A stretch of 64,000 bases of DNA from Peptococcaceae bacterium (GTDB lineage: Bacteria; Bacillota; Peptococcia; DRI-13; PHAD01), in the NCBI GenBank assembly GCA_024655825.1, contig JANLFJ010000005.1, positions 28,541 through 92,540 on the forward strand, given 5' to 3'. The position numbers and the translations under genes are program-made. The notes beneath the pieces were generated by a model. That model was not told the origin of the DNA and ran no database searches. It saw nothing but the letters and a program-made list of their open reading frames with translations. Positions 57,916 through 64,000 of this stretch are shown here, piece after piece. Within the stretch, counting starts at the first letter, position 1. Each line of letters starts with the position of its first letter.

Positions 57916-58371
57916 ATGCCGGTTTACCAGATTATAAAAAAAGGCGACAGCATATTGAGGGAAAAGGCTAAAACCGTGCCCCAGGTCACAGCCAGCATCA
58001 TTAAACTGCTGGACAACATGAAAGCCACGCTTGAAGCAGCGAACGGCGTTGGGCTGGCTGCGCCGCAAATAGGCGTTTCCAAGAGGGTAATTATCGTGGA
58101 GACCGAGGAAGAATACATTGAGCTGATAAATCCGGAAATCGTCATGAGCGAGGGGGAACAAACGGATATTGAGGGGTGCCTCAGCATTCCGGGTATTGTT
58201 GGTGAAGTGACCAGGGCTTTCCGGGTCAAGGTTAAAGGACTTGACCGCAGCGGAGAAAACGTGGAACTGGTCAGGGAAGGGCTTTTAGCCAGGGCATTGC
58301 AGCATGAGATCGACCACCTTGACGGCATTCTGTTCATTGACAGGGCCCAGAACCTCAGGCCGGTGGAATAG
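57916..58371 (+). CDS. def: Peptide deformylase
   Basis: GVGLAAPQIG, EGCLS, QHEIDHLDG. Confidence 0.98.
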   Translation: MPVYQIIKKGDSILREKAKTVPQVTASIIKLLDNMKATLEAANGVGLAAPQIGVSKRVIIVETEEEYIELINPEIVMSEGEQTDIEGCLSIPGIVGEVTRAFRVKVKGLDRSGENVELVREGLLARALQHEIDHLDGILFIDRAQNLRPVE

Positions 58372-58381
58372 AGTGGTTTTG

Positions 58382-59332
58382 ATGGCTGAAGAAACTAGAA
58401 TCGTTTTTATGGGCACACCCGGTTTCGCCGTGCCTTCGCTCCAAGCGCTGCATGAAGCGGGTTACAACTTGGCGGGGGTAGTCACCCAGCCGGACCGGCC
58501 CAGCGGACGCGGGCAAAAAATAGTCTATTCCCCGGTCAAAGCAGAGGCGATAAAACTGGGGCTGAATGTTTACCAGCCGGCCAAACTGGGAGAGGAATGG
58601 TTTCGGGATGAGCTGGCTAGGATTAAGCCAGAAATCATTGTGGTGGCAGCTTTTGGCCGCATCTTGCCGCGTGAGCTGCTCGAACTGCCGGTCCTTGGTT
58701 GCATAAATGTTCACGCTTCGCTGCTGCCGGCCTACCGCGGGGCAGCGCCGATCAACTGGGCCATTATCAACGGGGAGCGGGAAACAGGGGTTACGACCAT
58801 GCTGATGAACGAAGGTCTGGACAGGGGAGACATACTGTTGTCCGAAAAAGTGGTAATAACGCCGGACATGACCAGCGGAGAACTGCATGACCTGCTGGCC
58901 CGGGTTGGCGCGCAGCTTCTCGTAAAGACTTTGGCTCTATGGGTAAAGGGCGAGATACGGCCGCAAAAACAAAGAGAAGAAGAAGCCAGCTATGCGCCAA
59001 TTTTAAAACCGGAGCACGAAAAAATTGACTGGTTCAAACCTGCCGGGCAGGTGCACAATCTGGTGCGGGGGCTGGAGCCGTGGCCCGGAGCCCATACAGG
59101 TTACCTGGGCGGTATTTTGAAGATAAGGGAAACGAAGGTTTGGGAAATAAGCGGTAGAGAAGCTCTCCCGGGAACTGTTTTGCATATCGTCAAGGGACAG
59201 GGTTTCGTAGTACAAGCAGGAGAAGGCTCCGTACTGGTTACCAGGGTACAGCCTGAAGGTAAAAAGGCGATGACCGCAAGCAGTTTTATCAACGGTTACC
59301 GTTTGCGGGAAGGGTTTTTATTCGAAAGCTGA
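58382..59332 (+). CDS. fmt: Methionyl-tRNA formyltransferase
   Basis: IVFMGTPGFA, TQPDRP, NVHASLLPAYRGAAPI, LDRGD; ATG 58382 (track start 58304). Confidence 0.97.
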   Translation: MAEETRIVFMGTPGFAVPSLQALHEAGYNLAGVVTQPDRPSGRGQKIVYSPVKAEAIKLGLNVYQPAKLGEEWFRDELARIKPEIIVVAAFGRILPRELLELPVLGCINVHASLLPAYRGAAPINWAIINGERETGVTTMLMNEGLDRGDILLSEKVVITPDMTSGELHDLLARVGAQLLVKTLALWVKGEIRPQKQREEEASYAPILKPEHEKIDWFKPAGQVHNLVRGLEPWPGAHTGYLGGILKIRETKVWEISGREALPGTVLHIVKGQGFVVQAGEGSVLVTRVQPEGKKAMTASSFINGYRLREGFLFES

Positions 59333-59336
59333 CAGC

Positions 59337-60101
59337 GTGGGGTTTGTTATGCGAAAACGTTTATTTATCGGGCTTCTGGTGATCAGCCTGTTTTTCCTGC
59401 TCTTACTTTTTGCAGGCGCCTGGTGGCTGGTTTCATACAGGGGTTTGGTAATCAATAAAATTATACTAACCTTTATTACCGCGGCAGTCGTTTTTCTTCT
59501 GTTCATGCTCGTAACCGGACTGGCGGCCATGGTCTGGAGTTTATGGCGGGCCAGGACAATTCCGCTGCTGCATAACATTATGCTCTCCGCGACAAACATG
59601 CTCTTTCCCCTGGCGATAGCGATAGGTAAAGGGCTGGGTTTAAGCGAGGACCGCGTCAAAAATTCTTTTATAAATGTATCCAACCACCTGGTCAGAGGGA
59701 GGGATTATGCCCGGCCGTTTAAAAACATAATAATCCTGGCTCCCCACTGCCTCCAGTGGGTATACTGTCCCCACAAAATTACCATCGATGTCCACAACTG
59801 CCGGGAGTGCGGCAGGTGCCCGGTTTCGACGCTGCTCAAGATTGCCAGGCGCTATGATGTCCAATTGCGGGTGGTGACCGGCGGCACTTTCGCCCGCAAG
59901 GTGGTAAGAGATGTTAAACCGGAGGCTATAGTAGCGATTGCCTGCGAGCGGGACCTGACCAGCGGAATCCAGGATATTGCCGGCCTGCCCGTGATAGGGA
60001 TCGTGAACGAACGTCCTGAAGGGCCTTGCTTTAACACTAAAGTGGATTACGGTAAGGTGGAGGAAGCCATTCAATTTTTTCTCAAAGGAGGTTTAAGGTA
60101 A
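59337..60101 (+). CDS. DUF116 domain membrane protein
   Basis: Two N-terminal TM helices, APHCLQ, CRECGRC, IACERDL, GPCFNT. Confidence 0.9.
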   Translation: MGFVMRKRLFIGLLVISLFFLLLLFAGAWWLVSYRGLVINKIILTFITAAVVFLLFMLVTGLAAMVWSLWRARTIPLLHNIMLSATNMLFPLAIAIGKGLGLSEDRVKNSFINVSNHLVRGRDYARPFKNIIILAPHCLQWVYCPHKITIDVHNCRECGRCPVSTLLKIARRYDVQLRVVTGGTFARKVVRDVKPEAIVAIACERDLTSGIQDIAGLPVIGIVNERPEGPCFNTKVDYGKVEEAIQFFLKGGLR

Positions 60102-60102
60102 A

Positions 60103-60801
60103 ATGTATTACAACCCGTTTTTTGATCCAAGCATGATCATTGTCATACCTGGGCTGATCCTGGCCATGTACGCCCAGGCCAAGGTCCAATCTACTTTTGC
60201 CCGCTACCTGCGGGTGGCTTCGGGCAGCGGAGTTACAGGCGCGGCAGTGGCCCGTTCAATCCTTGATTCCGAAGGGATCAGGCAGGTCGAGGTCGAAATG
60301 ATCGAGGGAAACTTGACCGACCACTATGACCCGAGAACAAAAACGCTGCGGCTTTCACCGCAGGTCTATAGGGGCACTTCTTTGGCCTCCCTGGGCGTGG
60401 CTGCCCATGAAGCGGGGCACGCCATCCAGCATTACGCCGGTTACATCCCGCTCAATATCAGGAACAGCCTGGTGCCGATGGCCAATTTCGGTTCCACGCT
60501 GGCTTTTCCGCTGTTTTTCATCGGTTTGTTTTTCAGTTATACGATGGTGAAAATCGGGATATACCTGTTCGCCGCTGTTGTTCTTTTCCAGCTGGTAACC
60601 TTGCCGGTCGAGTTCAACGCTTCCCGGCGGGCGCTTGTCGCCCTGCAGGCCGGCGGGTACATCAGTACCTCGGAGGTAAAAGGGACCAAGGCCGTCTTGG
60701 ATGCGGCGGCCTTGACGTACGTAGCCGCAGCCCTGATGGGCCTTTTGCAGTTGGTGAGGCTCCTGCTGATAGCAGGCATATTCGGGCGCAGGGACGAGTA
60801 G
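60103..60801 (+). CDS. Putative neutral zinc metallopeptidase (YugP-like)
   Basis: LTDHYDP, VAAHEAGHAIQ (HExxH), TLPVEFNASRRA, AAALTYVAA. Confidence 0.92.
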   Translation: MYYNPFFDPSMIIVIPGLILAMYAQAKVQSTFARYLRVASGSGVTGAAVARSILDSEGIRQVEVEMIEGNLTDHYDPRTKTLRLSPQVYRGTSLASLGVAAHEAGHAIQHYAGYIPLNIRNSLVPMANFGSTLAFPLFFIGLFFSYTMVKIGIYLFAAVVLFQLVTLPVEFNASRRALVALQAGGYISTSEVKGTKAVLDAAALTYVAAALMGLLQLVRLLLIAGIFGRRDE

Positions 60802-62148
60802 ATGCCAAGGGAAGCGGCCTACCGCATCCTGACGGAAATAGAAAAGGGGGCTTACGCCAACCTGGCCCTTGACGATTATTTAGACAGGCATGAACTGTCT
60901 TCCTCGGACAGGGCGTTTGTTACCGAAATTGTTTACGGTACGGTAAGATACCAGTTGAAGATGGACTGGATAATCGACCAGCTGGTTAAAAAAACGGGCA
61001 AACTGGAAACAGGACCCCGCCTTTTGCTGCGCATGTCTTTTTATCAGCTGCTTTTTATGAAAAGGGTACCGCCTTTTGCCGTTACCAGCGAGGCAGTCAG
61101 GCTGGCGAAAAAGCTTTTTCATGCCGGGGTGGCAGGGCTGGTCAACGGAGTGCTCCGCAGTTACCTGCGCTGCCCCAAACAGGTGAAATGGCCGGACTGC
61201 GCCGCCGATCCGGCCCGGTTCCTGGCGGTGGTCCATTCCCACCCTCTCTGGATGGTGAAACGCTGGATTGCCCGTTACGGCTTTCAGGCCAGCCGGGAGA
61301 TATGCGAGTTCAACAACAGGCCGGCCGATTTATGGATAAGGACTAATACGCTGAAGATAAGCCCTGAGCGCTTGGCCAGCCGGTTAAAAGAGGAAGGGTG
61401 CGTCGTGGAAAAGGGCAGCCGGGTGCCGGAAGCACTGCTTCTAAAGGAAGGTCCAAACATCGGTTCACTGCCCTCGTTCCAGGAGGGCCTGTTTACGGTA
61501 CAGGACGAGAGTTCCATGCTTGTTTCCCATGTTCTCAGGCCCCAAGCGGGACAGGTCGTTCTCGACACCTGTGCCGGTCCCGGAGGGAAAAGCACTCACC
61601 TGGCCCAGTTAATGAAAAACAAGGGGCTGGTAGTGGCCTGCGACGTGCACGAACACAGGCTCAGACTGATCGAGGATAACGCAGCCCGCCTGGGGATCAA
61701 GATCATTGAAACGAGACTGCGGGATGCGGCCAGCGCAGGCTGGGAGCCTGACGAAAAATATGACCTGGTTCTGGTAGACGCGCCGTGCTCCGGTTTGGGC
61801 GTGTTAAGACGCAGGCCGGATTCACGCTGGCGAAAAAAAGAGGAGGATATTAAGGTTCTTGCCGACCTGCAGGCTCAAATCCTGGACAATGCCGTCCGGC
61901 TTGTCCGGCCCGGGGGAAGGATAGTGTACAGCACCTGCACTATTGAACCGGAGGAAAATGCGGGTGTCGTGGAGAGAATAAAGGGAATACACCGGGGAAT
62001 AAGGAGCGTTGATTTGAACCCTCTCCTCCCGTACAGGCCTTCGGATGAACAAGAAAAAAGGGATAATGCCCTGGGTTTTCGCCAGTACCTGCCGTTTAAA
62101 GACGGTATGGAGGGGTTTTTTATTGCCGGGCTGGAAAAAGTTTATTGA
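60802..62148 (+). CDS. rsmB: 16S rRNA m5C967 methyltransferase
   Basis: NusB-like N-domain, VQDESS, DTCAGPGGKS, DAPCSGLG, YSTCT. Confidence 0.95.
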   Translation: MPREAAYRILTEIEKGAYANLALDDYLDRHELSSSDRAFVTEIVYGTVRYQLKMDWIIDQLVKKTGKLETGPRLLLRMSFYQLLFMKRVPPFAVTSEAVRLAKKLFHAGVAGLVNGVLRSYLRCPKQVKWPDCAADPARFLAVVHSHPLWMVKRWIARYGFQASREICEFNNRPADLWIRTNTLKISPERLASRLKEEGCVVEKGSRVPEALLLKEGPNIGSLPSFQEGLFTVQDESSMLVSHVLRPQAGQVVLDTCAGPGGKSTHLAQLMKNKGLVVACDVHEHRLRLIEDNAARLGIKIIETRLRDAASAGWEPDEKYDLVLVDAPCSGLGVLRRRPDSRWRKKEEDIKVLADLQAQILDNAVRLVRPGGRIVYSTCTIEPEENAGVVERIKGIHRGIRSVDLNPLLPYRPSDEQEKRDNALGFRQYLPFKDGMEGFFIAGLEKVY

Positions 62149-62158
62149 GCAAGAATAA

Positions 62159-63256
62159 GTGGAGAAATTGAGAATGGAAGATTGTTTAAGGCAGGACATC
62201 AGGGGACTGTCACTCGATGAGATAAAAGAACTCCTGGCAGGCGCGGGAGAAAAGGAATACCGGGGCGAACAGGTCTTTCGCTGGGTGCAGAAAAAAGCTG
62301 TTGCGTGCTGGCAGGAAATGAGCAGCATCGGAGAGAAGACCAGGGCTTGGTTGGCTGAAAAGACTTACCTGCGGCCGCTGGAATTGAAGGAAGAACTGGT
62401 GAGCGAGGACGGCACACGCAAGTACTTGTGGAAGTTGGGAGATAATAAAACCATTGAATCCGTATTGTTATACCATGAAGGTGACGTTACAAAGGCCAGG
62501 CATACGATCTGCCTGTCAACGCAGGTCGGGTGTCCCATGGGTTGCTCGTTCTGTGCCACGGGGAAAATGGGTTTTTGGCGAAACTTGAGCGCAGGCGAAA
62601 TAGTTTCGCAGGTCCTTGATACGACAAGGCTCAGGCGGAAGGAAACGCCGGCGTTTAAGGCAGGCAATATTGTTTACATGGGTATGGGCGAACCGCTTTT
62701 AAATTTGCCAGCGGTACTGAAAAGTATTAGAATACTAAATGATAAACAAGGGCAAAACATCGGCATCCGCCGCATAACCGTCTCAACCTGCGGGCTGGTA
62801 CCCCAAATTGATGAGCTGGCCAGGCAAAATATTGACATTGTCCTGGCCGTGTCGCTGCATGCCCCGAATAACGAGCTGAGGAACAGGGTTATGCCGGTCA
62901 ATAAGAAATACCCCTTGGAAATATTGATCCCTGCCTGCCGCCGTTATATCGAGAAGACCGGGCGACGGATCACCTTCGAATATGCTCTCATTAAGGGTTT
63001 TAACGACGACCAGGAACACGGAAGACAGCTGGCCCAACTTTTGCGAGGGCTGAAAGCCAATTTGAATATTATCCCTGTCAACACTGTCCCTGGCGCGAGT
63101 TTTTCTAGGCCAAAGCCTGAAAATACCAGGAGATTTGCCGAACTGCTGAGGAAAATGGGACTTGATGCCGTAGTCCGCGAGGAAAAAGGCGTGGACATAG
63201 CAGCGGCCTGTGGACAGCTGGCTGGAAGGAGCGAGGTGAGAGGGTTTGCTTTTTGA
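62159..63256 (+). CDS. rlmN: 23S rRNA m2A2503 radical SAM methyltransferase
   Basis: STQVGCPMGCSFC, MGMGEP, SLHA, IAAACGQL. Confidence 0.97.
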   Translation: MEKLRMEDCLRQDIRGLSLDEIKELLAGAGEKEYRGEQVFRWVQKKAVACWQEMSSIGEKTRAWLAEKTYLRPLELKEELVSEDGTRKYLWKLGDNKTIESVLLYHEGDVTKARHTICLSTQVGCPMGCSFCATGKMGFWRNLSAGEIVSQVLDTTRLRRKETPAFKAGNIVYMGMGEPLLNLPAVLKSIRILNDKQGQNIGIRRITVSTCGLVPQIDELARQNIDIVLAVSLHAPNNELRNRVMPVNKKYPLEILIPACRRYIEKTGRRITFEYALIKGFNDDQEHGRQLAQLLRGLKANLNIIPVNTVPGASFSRPKPENTRRFAELLRKMGLDAVVREEKGVDIAAACGQLAGRSEVRGFAF

Positions 63257-63959
63257 TGCTTTGACCGATGTCGGCCTGATCAGGAAGGAAAATGAAGACA
63301 ATTACCTGGTTTCTCCCGAAAGGGGTCTGTTTGCGGTTGCCGACGGAATGGGTGGGCATGTCGGCGGCCAGAAGGCCAGCAAGCTGGCTGTTCAAGTCCT
63401 GGACGAATTGATCAATAATGAGAGTGAAAAGGAAGCGCCTGCCCTGATGCAGTATGCTGTTAGCCGGGCAAACGAAATGATCCTAAAGTCAGGGGAAAAT
63501 GAACAGGAATATTATGGAATGGGGACGACAGTTACCGCCGCGCTCTTCAGAGACGGATTAATCCACCTGGCCCATATCGGCGACAGCAGGGCCTACTTGT
63601 TCAGGGACAGCAGCCTTTCTCTATTGACTTGCGACCATTCGCTGGTTAATGAATTATTCCAGACCGGGAGCCTGACCTTTGAAGAAATGCAGAACCACCC
63701 ACAGCGCAACATTCTAACCAGGGCTTTAGGCACGCAGAAAGTGGCCCAGGTCGATATTATGTCCTTACCGGCTCAGGAGAAAGACCTTCTTCTCCTTTGC
63801 ACGGACGGGCTTTATTGTCACGTCTCCGACAGAGAAATCGAGGATATTTTAAAGCAGGACTGGTCTTTGAAGGAAAAAGTCCGCCGGATGGTGGCCCTGG
63901 CCCTGGAAAGAGGCGGCACGGACAATATTACGGTTGTGCTTGTCGCCAATGAAGGGTGA
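63246..63959 (+). CDS. stp: PP2C-type Ser/Thr phosphatase (Stp1/PrpC)
   Basis: TDVGLIRKENED, ADGMGGH, GMGTT, HIGDSR, CTDGL, GGTDNIT. Confidence 0.93.
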   Translation: MLFDALTDVGLIRKENEDNYLVSPERGLFAVADGMGGHVGGQKASKLAVQVLDELINNESEKEAPALMQYAVSRANEMILKSGENEQEYYGMGTTVTAALFRDGLIHLAHIGDSRAYLFRDSSLSLLTCDHSLVNELFQTGSLTFEEMQNHPQRNILTRALGTQKVAQVDIMSLPAQEKDLLLLCTDGLYCHVSDREIEDILKQDWSLKEKVRRMVALALERGGTDNITVVLVANEG

Positions 63960-64000
63960 TTAAGGATATTTTTGCTATTATATCTTTGCAAGGAAAGAGG

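Noticed and set aside
60796-60807. In-frame TAG-ATG junction (peptidase to rsmB) as pyrrolysine/readthrough fusion
   Set aside because: Both proteins are complete on their own; ordinary translational coupling is the simpler explanation and there is no pyl evidence in the window

Overview
Core chromosomal segment of an endospore-forming Clostridia-class bacterium (the gene order resembles Peptococcaceae-type organisms; this is inference). Left part: divIB(partial)-ftsZ-spoIIGA-sigE-GNAT-sigG-MBL-ylmC-MBL, then an NrdR-boxed nrdR-nrdD-nrdG operon whose nrdD carries a 525-aa Ser1 LAGLIDADG intein with an unexplained ~170-aa extra segment. From ~11.9 to 19.3 kb lies an accessory island of Cys-rich proteins, micro-ORFs, three secreted CAP-domain proteins and domains that have lost their ligand residues (pseudo-amidase, Cys-less HMA). 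Seven of the eight non-secreted island genes are preceded by a SigK/SigE-type promoter, pointing to a late-sporulation coat/exosporium module. Further right: pgeF-phoPR-pstB-phoU (Pho box), a SigH-type membrane-fusion-protein gene-yggS-sepF-proC-yggT-divIVA-DUF167 operon, ileS with a T-box antiterminator that appears to lack Stem I, a tandem glycine riboswitch and gcvT-H-PA-PB, a SigK-type catalytically dead GmhB-like HAD, ACT/DUF711, a GGDEF/HD-GYP protein, lspA-rluD-pyrR, rqcH, and the conserved yloB-dapF-dapL-yloC-remA-gmk-rpoZ-coaBC-metK-priA-def-fmt-DUF116-peptidase-rsmB-rlmN-stp block. No rRNA, tRNA, CRISPR array or IS element was seen. All calls come from reading motifs by eye; no database searches were run.
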